DNA of 32,313 nucleotides from Candidatus Eiseniibacteriota bacterium (GTDB lineage Bacteria > Eisenbacteria > RBG-16-71-46), in the NCBI GenBank assembly GCA_031364845.1, contig JANLWX010000070.1, positions 1 to 32,313 on the forward strand. The letters run 5' to 3'. The position numbers and the translations under genes are program-made. Positions 1 through 8,139 of the stretch are shown in pieces. The notes under the pieces are model-generated. The model made no database searches, had not been told where the DNA came from, and saw nothing but the letters and a program-made list of their open reading frames with translations. Every line of letters begins with the position of its first letter. Position 1 is the stretch's first letter.

Positions 1-1538
1 GTCGCTTCGAGCGCGGGATCTGCATGGGACGAACGGGACCACGCGAGGTACGCGCCGGTGCCCATCGTCGCGATGATGCTGATCGCGAATGCGGTCGAGA
101 GCGCGAAGCGGGCGTTGCCCGGCTGCGTGGGCTGAGCTTCGCGTGTACGTGTTTTGCCTTTGCCGCGCCGCGCCACCGCGGTCGCGAGCGGTGTCGCCGG
201 GGTCGGCGGTGCCACGAACAGTCGGGCGGCGATCATGCCGCACACCACCGCGACCCACGGCGCCAGCAGCACCTTGTTGCGCGAGAACAGCATCGTGAGC
301 ACCGCGAGTACCACGCACAGGAACGCGAGCAGCCCCGGCGCGGAGGCCAGCGTGGCGGCGACGCCGCGACGCCCGCCGACCCCGCGCAGCACGAACGGCG
401 CCGCGACCAACCACGGCCCGAGCGCGAAGAACTGCTGCGGACCGATCACGAGTGCCGCGGGGCTCAGGGAGTAGAGCTCGATTACATCGAGCATCAGGTG
501 CGAGAGCGGACTTCCGGCATCCGCGAGATGCAGGAGCCGCGCGAGCTTCAACCTCAACACTTGGGCGGTGGCGTCGTACGGACCCGCGGGCAACACGGTC
601 ATCACGATCAGCGCGATCGCGAACGCGGCACCCACCCACGCCAGGCGCATCCACGCGGGAGCATGCGGCTTCGCCGCCGAGATCGCGGCAACGGATGCAG
701 CGCCGACTACCAGCACCCACGCCACCGAAATCACGAAGTGCTGCGCGCGCATCGGGTCCATCACCGCGAACGCCGCGGTGCCGGTGAGCGCGACTGTTGC
801 GAACCACACCGCGAGGCCGCGGCCGGCTCCGCTCACGCACACGGCCAGCAGAACGAACACCGCTTCCAGCAACGGGAACAACAGCGTCACACGCCACACA
901 GAGGCCGCGGTGATCAGGAACGCGGCCGAGAGCGCGGCGTCGATCATCAGCCCGCGCATCTCGCTCGCGCGCGGCGCCTTCACGATGCCCGCGACACGCG
1001 ACGAAGCTTCCGCCCGTCCGTCCCATCGCAACGCCCGCAGCGCGAACGCGACATGCATCGCGATCAGCAGCGTCCCCGGCGCGTCGTAGCGCACCCAGTG
1101 CCCGAACGTGCGATGGAGATGGGCGGGCATGCACACCGCGATCGCGGCGGCGAGCAGTGCTGGCCCGGCAGCCGCACCGAGTGCGCGCGTCGCAAGATGC
1201 ACCGGAATCGCGATCAGCGCACCCGCGAGCGCGATGAATAGGATCAGGTGCGTGTGCACCGGCAGACGGTCGATCGGAGCGAGCACGCGGTGGAACGTCG
1301 CCGCGGCCGAATACAAACCCAGCGGGAGATGCTCCGCCAGCCGGCGTCCCTGCGGCGGCTCGCTCAACGCATCCACCGCCGGCACGTGCCCCGCTGCGAC
1401 CGTCGCCAGCACCAGCCGTTCGTGGTACGCCGCGTCGTCGCGCAATGCGATCGCCGGGTCGCGCAACCACGGCGTGAGCCTCAACAACAGGCCCACAGCG
1501 ACAATGGCGAGCAGCACCGCGATCTCGGTTCGAGTCAC
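1..1538 (-). CDS. STT3/AglB/PglB-like oligosaccharyltransferase (GT-C fold membrane glycosyltransferase), 3' end outside window
   Basis: Not in the ORF track because it has no stop within the window. Hand translation from GTG at 1538 (GGGAG upstream) is open to the edge: MTRTEIAVLLAIVAVGLLLRLTPWLRDPAIALRDDAAYHERLV...VDALSEPPQG...PAHLHRTFGHWVRYDA...LMLDVIELYS...MLFSRNKVLLAP...RSSHADPALEA. Many hydrophobic helices, and the motif order matches STT3/AglB. The diagnostic WWD motif would lie beyond the edge. Confidence 0.72.
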   Translation of the reverse strand, partial: MTRTEIAVLLAIVAVGLLLRLTPWLRDPAIALRDDAAYHERLVLATVAAGHVPAVDALSEPPQGRRLAEHLPLGLYSAAATFHRVLAPIDRLPVHTHLILFIALAGALIAIPVHLATRALGAAAGPALLAAAIAVCMPAHLHRTFGHWVRYDAPGTLLIAMHVAFALRALRWDGRAEASSRVAGIVKAPRASEMRGLMIDAALSAAFLITAASVWRVTLLFPLLEAVFVLLAVCVSGAGRGLAVWFATVALTGTAAFAVMDPMRAQHFVISVAWVLVVGAASVAAISAAKPHAPAWMRLAWVGAAFAIALIVMTVLPAGPYDATAQVLRLKLARLLHLADAGSPLSHLMLDVIELYSLSPAALVIGPQQFFALGPWLVAAPFVLRGVGGRRGVAATLASAPGLLAFLCVVLAVLTMLFSRNKVLLAPWVAVVCGMIAARLFVAPPTPATPLATAVARRGKGKTRTREAQPTQPGNARFALSTAFAISIIATMGTGAYLAWSRSSHADPALEA

Positions 1539-1551
1539 GATGCTCCCGCGG

Positions 1552-2544
1552 TCATCCGCCGATGGCGCTCATGCCGCGTTCGGGCTGGCGGAAGAACGGA
1601 CTGTTGATCAGGTGCCCGGGTTCCTTGCGCAGCACGGCGGCGCGTAACAGATCGGCGATCTCGGCGTCGCTCGCGCCACCGCGCATCGCAAGGCGGAAAT
1701 CGTATTCCTTGTGCGAGAACAGACACGTGCGGATCTGCCCGTCGGCGGTGAGGCGGATGCGATCGCAGTGCCCGCAGAACGGACGCGTCACCGAAGCGAT
1801 CACGCCCACTGTGCCCGCACCATCGCGATAGCGATAGCGGCGCGCGGGCGCGCTCGGATCGTCGCCCTCGACGAGATCGAACGGAAACTCCGCCTCGATC
1901 GCAGCGAGGATCTCGTCGGCCGGCACCAGCTTCTCGCGCGACCAGCCGTGCTGGAAGTCGAGCGGCATCCACTCGATGAAGCGAACTTCGTAGCCCTGCT
2001 CGCGGCCCCAGCGCGCGAGCGGCACCGCTTCGTCATCGTTGAAGCCGCGCATCAGCACCACATTCACCTTGATCGGCGTGAATCCGACCCGTCGCGCCGC
2101 TTCCATTCCGGCGATCACTTCGTGGAACCGGTCGCGGCGCGAGATCTGATGGAAGCGCGCGGGATCGAGCGTGTCGAGACTCACGTTCACGCGCTTGAGA
2201 CCGGCGTCGCGCAGCTCGTCGGCCATCGCGACCAGCTTGAGCCCGTTGGTCGTGAGCGAGAGGTCGAGGTCGGGCTTGAGCGCGTTGAGCATGCGGACCA
2301 GCGCCGGCAGATCCTGTCGCACGGTCGGCTCACCGCCGGTGAGCCGGATGCCATGCACACCGAGGCCGAGGCACACGCTCGCGAACCGCGTGATCTCCTC
2401 GTAGGTCAGCAGATGATCCTTGGGCAGCCACGGCATGCCCTCGGCGGGCATGCAGTAGACGCACCGCAGATTGCACCGGTCGGTGACCGAAATGCGCAGA
2501 TCGCGGACGGTGCGGCCGTGGGTGTCGATGAGGGAAGTGGTCAT
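1552..2544 (-). CDS. moaA: GTP 3',8-cyclase (molybdenum cofactor biosynthesis radical SAM enzyme)
   Basis: LRISVTDRCNLRCVYC radical SAM motif, LTGGEP, C-terminal cluster FCGHCDRIR...RTCL, and terminal MSAIGG. Start trimmed to the ATG at 2544 (MTTSLIDTHGR); ATG at 2574 is an alternative. Confidence 0.96.
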   Translation of the reverse strand: MTTSLIDTHGRTVRDLRISVTDRCNLRCVYCMPAEGMPWLPKDHLLTYEEITRFASVCLGLGVHGIRLTGGEPTVRQDLPALVRMLNALKPDLDLSLTTNGLKLVAMADELRDAGLKRVNVSLDTLDPARFHQISRRDRFHEVIAGMEAARRVGFTPIKVNVVLMRGFNDDEAVPLARWGREQGYEVRFIEWMPLDFQHGWSREKLVPADEILAAIEAEFPFDLVEGDDPSAPARRYRYRDGAGTVGVIASVTRPFCGHCDRIRLTADGQIRTCLFSHKEYDFRLAMRGGASDAEIADLLRAAVLRKEPGHLINSPFFRQPERGMSAIGG

Positions 2545-2574
2545 GGTCGTGTGCGCCGGGAACGACGCTGGCAT

Positions 2575-2581
2575 TAGGATA
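2575..2581. promoter_or_regulatory. Candidate overlapping divergent -10 elements (TAGGAT on +, TATCCT on -)
   Basis: The AT-richest patch of the 42-bp gap between divergent moaA and the MOSC gene. Both strands read TAnnnT, and the + hexamer ends 6 nt before the GTG at 2587. Confidence 0.35.
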
Positions 2582-2586
2582 GGCCC

Positions 2587-3285
2587 GTGTCCGAACCCCG
2601 TCCAGAAGCCCCGAGACTCGTCTCGATCCAGGTCGGCCTGCCGCAGACGCGCGGCGAGGCGGGGGCCACGCATCCGATGCACGTGCAGTGGACGTCCGCG
2701 TTCGTGAAGGAGCCGGTCCAGGGGCGTGTGTTCCTGTCGCGCAACGGTCTCGCCGGCGATGGACAGGCCGATCGCGAAGTCCACGGCGGCCCCGAGCGCG
2801 CGGCACTCGCCTACTCCGCGGAGCACTACCCGCTGTGGCGCGCGGAGCTGGACATGCCGGATCTGCCGCACGGCGCCTTCGGCGAGAACTTCACGATCGC
2901 GGGCCTCGATGAGACCACCGCCTGCATCGCCGACACGCTCGCGATCGGCGAGGCGGTGGTGCAGGTGTCGATTCCGCGCGGGCCGTGCTGGAAGATCTCG
3001 AGGCGCTGGCAGCGCGAGGATCTTCTGCAGCGCGTGGTCGAGAACGGCCGCACCGGCTGGTACCTGCGGGTGCTCGAGGAGGGAAACGTGTGGGCCGGCT
3101 CGGAGTTTCGCTGGATCGACCGGCCGTGCGCGGGCTTCAGCATCGCGCGCATGGTCGAAGCGCGCCATCATCCGGAGGCGCCGATCGAGGATCTCGAATG
3201 GCTCGCGAACTGTGAGTGGATCGATGAAGCGCGCCGCGTGCGCTTCGCCTCGATGGCCGCGAAACGCCGTGGCGCGCGTGGATGA
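2587..3285 (+). CDS. MOSC domain protein (YiiM-like, with 3-alpha C-terminal domain)
   Basis: GLAGDGQADREVHGGPERA, FGENFT, PRGPCWKI (conserved Cys) and GRTGWYLRVLEEG are typical of YiiM/MOSC; adjacent to moaA. Confidence 0.9.
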   Translation: MSEPRPEAPRLVSIQVGLPQTRGEAGATHPMHVQWTSAFVKEPVQGRVFLSRNGLAGDGQADREVHGGPERAALAYSAEHYPLWRAELDMPDLPHGAFGENFTIAGLDETTACIADTLAIGEAVVQVSIPRGPCWKISRRWQREDLLQRVVENGRTGWYLRVLEEGNVWAGSEFRWIDRPCAGFSIARMVEARHHPEAPIEDLEWLANCEWIDEARRVRFASMAAKRRGARG

Positions 3286-3324
3286 TCAGGCGGCGGCCCC
3301 GCGGGTTCGCAACCCGGACGTCGT

Positions 3325-4437
3325 GTGACCACGACCTCTCGCTTTCCGGTTGCAATCGTCGTGATCGCATTCATCATTGCGCTCGGTGTCGGCGTTCTGC
3401 TGCCGCGCTTCGGAGTGTTCGGACGCCGCGCGGGTGAAGGCCTCGATTCCCCGATCGCATCACGACTGCCGTCGTTCGAGCAACTGGGTCCGTGGCTTCA
3501 GCATCCGCTCACCGCCGATTCCCTGCGTGGACGCATCGTCGTGGTCGTGCTGTGGGCGGATACCAGTCCGCGAGCGTTGCGGGTACTGCCGGAGGTCCAG
3601 GCCTGGCACCTCGCCTACTCGCGCTACGGAGTGCGTGTGATCGGTGTCCACATGCCGGAGTTCGCGTTTTCCGCCGACACCGCGGTCGCCGCGCGTTTCG
3701 TCGGACGTCTCGGGCTCACGTTCCCGATCGTGTCCGATCCTTCTTATCGCGTGTGGGGCCAGTTGCCGCGCATGCTCGACCGGCCGGCGTTCTACGTGGC
3801 CGACACGTCGGGGCGTGTCGTCTTCCAAACCGGCGGCGAGCGGACCGCGGATGTCGACCGCGCCGTGCGCCGGGCGGTTTCCGAACTTCGTCCGAACTCC
3901 GGAGTTCCGATCGACGATCTGGGTGCGCCGCCATCACCCGCGCCCGCCGCGGCATCGCCACGCGCGATCTATCTGGGAGCCGCGCGCGCCGAGGCCGGGC
4001 CACTTGCGGGTGCGCAGTCCGGGCGCACCGAGACGTTCACCGCGCAGTTTCGGTTTCAGGAGGAGGGCCAGGTGAACGTCGCCTATCCCGTCGGACGCTG
4101 GACTCCGAATGCGGACGGTATCGTCGCGGCGCGCGGCGGGCCCGAGAATTACATCGCGCTTCGCACGACGGGTGCGGTATGGGCGGTGCTCGCGCCGCCT
4201 CCGGTGCTCGCGGGCAAACCGGCGCGCGTGTGGGTGCTCGCGGGCTCCGGCTGGATCGAGCCCGACCGGGCGGGTTCGGATGTTCGGTTCGATGCGCGCG
4301 GCGCGTCGTACGTCGACGTGACCGAGCCGCGGCTCTACTCGATCGCGCACTGCAATGCGGAGTGCACGCTCAAGTTGTCGCCCGATGTCGCAGGGGTCGC
4401 GTACTTTTCGTTTCTAGTGGAGTCGCTCTCGCGTTGA
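3325..4437 (+). CDS. Membrane-anchored DipZ-like thioredoxin-fold protein lacking CxxC
   Basis: N-terminal TM helix. LRGRIVVVVLW...LPEVQAW...GVRVIGVHMPEFAF matches the DipZ redoxin domain, followed by a DipZ-type beta-rich C-terminal domain (VTEPRLYSI). Confidence 0.75.
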   Translation: MTTTSRFPVAIVVIAFIIALGVGVLLPRFGVFGRRAGEGLDSPIASRLPSFEQLGPWLQHPLTADSLRGRIVVVVLWADTSPRALRVLPEVQAWHLAYSRYGVRVIGVHMPEFAFSADTAVAARFVGRLGLTFPIVSDPSYRVWGQLPRMLDRPAFYVADTSGRVVFQTGGERTADVDRAVRRAVSELRPNSGVPIDDLGAPPSPAPAAASPRAIYLGAARAEAGPLAGAQSGRTETFTAQFRFQEEGQVNVAYPVGRWTPNADGIVAARGGPENYIALRTTGAVWAVLAPPPVLAGKPARVWVLAGSGWIEPDRAGSDVRFDARGASYVDVTEPRLYSIAHCNAECTLKLSPDVAGVAYFSFLVESLSR

Positions 4438-4623
4438 GCGGTTTGGCGTGCGGGCGCGCTTCTGACTGAACCTGGCGGCCTTGCCCCCGCCCAGCGATGG
4501 CCCCACAATTCCCGTGTTTCATCCAGCCCTCGATTCTCCGGGGCACTTGGCCGCACGAATCCAGGCGGTTTCGCTTCGAAGCAACACCACGGGGTGAACT
4601 GCCAGGACAGAAGGGAGCCCCGC

Positions 4624-6895
4624 ATGTCCGCAAGGCCGCTGACCATTGCCACATCTGTGCTCATTCCTGAGCCCACAACAGAAGTGAGTCCCCCGCCCCG
4701 CGTTGGTTGTTGGCGAACACGCCACTTTGCGGCCGGTCTTGTTCTTTCAGTGCTGTTTCTCGTCTCTCTGACGAGCCCGGTGGCGGCCATACCAGCCACC
4801 TTCGGCGCGAAAGCTGACTTCGCGACCGAGACCAATCCCTACTCGGTGGCGATCGCGGACCTGAACGGCGACGGCAAGCTCGATCTGGCGGGTGGCGAAC
4901 GAAGGGTCCGGTACGGTCTCGGTGTTGCTCGGCACCGGCACCGGCAGCTTCGGTGCGAAGACCGACTTCACGATCGGGGGCCAACCCTACTCGGTGGCGA
5001 TCGCGGACCTGAATAGCGACGGCAAGCCCGACCTGGCGGTGGCGAACGCCAACACGGTCTCGGTGTTGCTCGGCACCGGCACCGGCAGCTTCGGCGCGAA
5101 GACTGACTTCGAGACCGGGATCGTGCCCTACTGGGTGGCAATCGCGGACCTGAACGGCGACGGCAACCCCGACTTGGTGGTGACGAACTACAACTCCAAT
5201 ACGGTCTCGGTGTTGCTCGGCACCGGCACCGGTAGCTTCGGCGCGAACACCGAATTTGCGCTCGGGACCCAAAGCAATCCCGCCTTTGTGGCGATCGCGG
5301 ACCTGAACGGCGACGGCAAGCCCGACCTGGCGGTGGCGAACGATGCCTCCAATACGATCTCGGTGTTGCTCGGCACGGGCACCGGCAGCTTCGGCGCGAA
5401 CACCGACTTCGCGAACGCGAACTCGGGCGACCCCATCGCGGTGGCGATCGCGGACCTGAACGGCGACGGCAAGCCGGACTTGGCGGTGGCGAACATGGTT
5501 CGCAGTGCGGTCTCGGTGTTGCTCGGCACCGGCACCGGCAGCTTCGGTGCGAGCACCGACTTCGCGTCCGGGGGCTGGCCCATCGCGGTGGCGATCGCGG
5601 ACCTGAACGGCGACGGAAGGCCCGACCTGGCTCTGGGGAACTACTACTCCGCTACGGTCTCAGTGTTGCTCAACACAACTCCGTGCACCGGGCTATTGCC
5701 CCCGGCGGTCAGAGTCAGAGTGCCGTCTTCCTTGCGGACGACGCCGGGTGGTCCGAACGTGACCATCCCAGCCGCCGTTTCGGGGACAGGAGTTCAGCGG
5801 TGGCACCGCAATGGGGTCGCACTTTTGGAGAACGCGAAGTTCTCGGGCACCACGACGTCCACGCTGACCGTCTCGAATCCGGTCCTCGCCGACCAGGGTT
5901 ACTACCAGCTATGGGTGACCGACGCGTGCGGTACGGTGAAAAGCAATTTGTGCTACCTGCGTGTCGTGCTTTGCCCGTCATCGCCGACCATCACCAGCGA
6001 ACCCGTCAATGCGACGGCCGCATTAGGGACCTCGGTTTCGTTCAACGTCGGCGCGACGGCATGCGTGGCGCCGCAGTTCCAATGGCAGTTCTACACTTCA
6101 ACAGGCTGGATCTCGATCCCCGGGGCGACCTCATCCACGTATACCATTGCCTCCGTTAACCCTTCGAATGCGGGCAACTATCGGTGCCGCGTCTTCACGA
6201 CCGGAAGCAGTTCAGCCCTGTCCCGCGTTGTCACTCTCAACCTCACGAAGCCTCAGATCCTTTCGACGATCACAAGACCGGTTTCATGCACCACCGGGCT
6301 CGTCACCTGGACAACCAACATCCCGACCTATGGTTTGGTTCTGTATGGATCCAGTTGCGGGAGTCTCGTCAACGCTTTGAGTGCTTCCGACGGGTTGTCG
6401 ACATCGCACTCAGTGTACCTCACGCTCAGCGGCGCCTCGTCAGTGCAATTCAAATTGATCGCCACCGATGCCATCGGTCAGCGCACGGCTGGCGACTGTG
6501 CAACGGCGCACTTCAACGATAGCCCGCCCAATGTTGAGGGTTTCGTCAACGGCTCACCAAACTACGCCGATTTGTTCGCAGCCAACGATGGTATTCCGAT
6601 CAGCGTCTTCGTGCAGAATATCGGCTGCACGAGCACCAACGGCCCGGTCACGATCCTGGATCTGAAGATCAATGGGCTCACACCACCCCGTAAGGCCGAT
6701 CATTCGGTAGACCTTCCGCGAACTATTAGCGCGACGGGGCTCCCTAGTTTTACCTATGCCAACGCTTACTTCGTGGTCTCATTGAGCGAAACGGGGCTCG
6801 CCTCCGGATCAAGGGCCAAGGTTACTGGGATCGCCAAGTACGGTGAGGCGCCCGTTCAGTACATCAACATTCTCGGTTGGATAAGCCTTCCCTAA
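4624..6895 (+). pseudogene. Secreted FG-GAP repeat / Ig-domain protein with a +1 frameshift at ~4891 (pseudogene or sequencing error)
   Basis: ATG 4624 with AAGGGAG upstream and a hydrophobic signal-like segment. The first repeat is in ORF 4594..5016 and the rest in ORF 4892..6895. Repeat 1 reads CTGGCGGGTGGCGAAC where sister repeats read CTGGCGGTGGCGAAC. Six VAIADLNGDGxxDL repeats are followed by two Ig-like domains (QWHRNG..DQGYYQL; FQWQ..NAGNYRCRV) and further beta-sandwich regions. Confidence 0.82.
4801..5670 (+). repeat. Six intragenic FG-GAP coding repeats with high DNA identity
   Basis: Core GTGGC(G/A)ATCGCGGACCTGAA at 4846, 4994, 5135, 5288, 5441 and 5588 (spacings 148, 141, 153, 153, 147). 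Confidence 0.92.
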
Positions 6896-6905
6896 GGAGA
6901 CCATC

Positions 6906-7643
6906 ATGTTCAAACAATCTATCCTCTATGCGGTTCTCTGCCTCATGGCCGGAATAGTGCCGACTTCAATGGCAGCCGCGACAGAACTGGATGTGACTCC
7001 GTTGACTCCCCTGGTCATGGGCAATCCCGGAAGCAGCGTCCTCGTTGAAGTCTTGATTACCAATTCGACTCCGGATGTGGTGTATCTCAACTCGGTCTCT
7101 TCAGATCTCACCGAGTCGTTCGCAACCCCCGACCTCTTCAACGAATTCGTCGCCGTGGCGCCGGAATCACTGTTGTCCGGAGAGAGCTGGGAAGGCCCCC
7201 TGGTTCGACTCACGATCGCTCCCGACGCACCGATCGCCTCGAAGCATCGAGTCACGGTATCGTTTTCGGGCGGGGATCATCCGTACGACGATCAAAGCCT
7301 TGCCACTTTCACATTTGCGCTCAACGATCCCGCGGCAGTGGCCGGAGTTCCAATTGGACTCGATCCGCTTGCCGGAGCGCTGAAAGCCTTACCGAATCCT
7401 ACTCGTGGATCGGCCGACATTTCATTCGTGCTGGTGGCTCCCGGTCACGTGGACATTCAGGTCTACGATGTCCTCGGCACTGCGGTCCGCACACTGGCGC
7501 GCGGGCTCAAGAGCGTCGGACCGCAGTCCGTTTCCTGGAACGGTCGCAATGATCGTGGCGATCGCGTCGATCCAGGAGTCTATTTTGTCAAACTCATGAG
7601 CGGGGATCGTGTGCGGAGCACCAAGGTCGTGCGAATCAAGTGA
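6906..7643 (+). CDS. Secreted protein with FlgD-Ig/T9SS-like C-terminal domain
   Basis: AAGGAG RBS, signal peptide (MFKQSILYAVLCLMAGIVPTSMA), and C-terminus PNPTRG...VYDVLG..VRTL...WNGRNDRG..V..GVYFVKL...KVVRIK. Confidence 0.82.
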   Translation: MFKQSILYAVLCLMAGIVPTSMAAATELDVTPLTPLVMGNPGSSVLVEVLITNSTPDVVYLNSVSSDLTESFATPDLFNEFVAVAPESLLSGESWEGPLVRLTIAPDAPIASKHRVTVSFSGGDHPYDDQSLATFTFALNDPAAVAGVPIGLDPLAGALKALPNPTRGSADISFVLVAPGHVDIQVYDVLGTAVRTLARGLKSVGPQSVSWNGRNDRGDRVDPGVYFVKLMSGDRVRSTKVVRIK

Positions 7644-7677
7644 CGCAGCTCCTGAATGCGGCGGTCGCCCAACCCGG

Positions 7678-8053
7678 ATGAAGGCACTCGAGTTCATCGC
7701 GCGTGGACCACGTGCCCCAGCGCTACGAGGTGCGGGTGCGCTACTCGGGCGCCTACGCGACGAGGCTGCGGGTGTGGTGGCACCGGCGCAGGGTGGTGCT
7801 GGCGCGAACGCCGGGTGCGCCGTCGCGTGCCGCGGACGGTGCGGAGGTCTGGCCCGCGTTGCGAGCGCGCAAGCGACGGTGGGCCGAGCTGTTGCGGAGG
7901 TTGTACGCGGTGGACATCGAGGTCTGCCCGCGCTGCGGTGGTGAGGTGCGCATCATTGGGTTCGTCACCGAACCGTCCGTCATCACGCGCATTCTCTCGC
8001 ATCTCGCCTCTCGACTTCTCCCGCACTTTCACGCCGCTGACAAACTTCTGTGA
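7678..8053 (+). mobile_element. IS91-family (rolling-circle, Y2/ISCR-like) transposase C-terminal remnant, truncated and frameshifted
   Basis: ALEFIAR in one frame, then DHVPQRYEVRVRYSGAYATR...WAELLRRLYAVDIEVCPRCGGEVRIIGFVTEPSVITRILSHL in another. This resembles the C-terminus of IS91-family transposases; the N-terminal HUH part is absent. Confidence 0.8.
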
Positions 8054-8060
8054 CAACTTC
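8038..8060 (+). promoter_or_regulatory. Direct repeat TGACAA(A)CTTC upstream of the peroxidase-Spy-TCS cluster, candidate regulator site
   Basis: TGACAAACTTC at 8038 and TGACAACTTC at 8051, about 80 bp upstream of the ATG at 8140. Confidence 0.35.
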
Positions 8061-8139
8061 ATCCGATCCTCCTTCTGTGTCCGAGTTCAGCCGCGCCAGC
8101 CGCGCGACATCGCCCACGACATAGGGAAGAGGGGATCCG

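Noticed and set aside
24..1647. Long plus-strand ORFs (24..1241, 568..1089, 1108..1647)
   Set aside because: Arg/Ala/Ser/Thr-rich antisense shadows of the minus-strand membrane glycosyltransferase; no recognisable motifs.
2545..3171. About 200-aa N-terminal extension of MoaA in the ORF track
   Set aside because: It is the antisense of the MOSC gene; MoaA similarity starts at MTTSLIDTHGR.
4440..4620. Possible riboswitch, sRNA or IS terminus in the 186-bp intergenic region
   Set aside because: No recognisable aptamer consensus, terminator or convincing IS91 ter/ori structure by eye; an Rfam search would be needed.
4846..5620. Regularly spaced ~30-bp repeats resembling a CRISPR array
   Set aside because: The period is 141-153 bp, the intervening sequences are homologous and coding, and there are no cas genes; these are FG-GAP repeats.
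5660..6560. Several N-x-S/T sequons (NTT, NVT, NAT, NLT, NDS, NGS) as possible OST substrates
   Set aside because: Expected by chance in an Asn/Ser/Thr-rich protein; no enrichment test is possible here.
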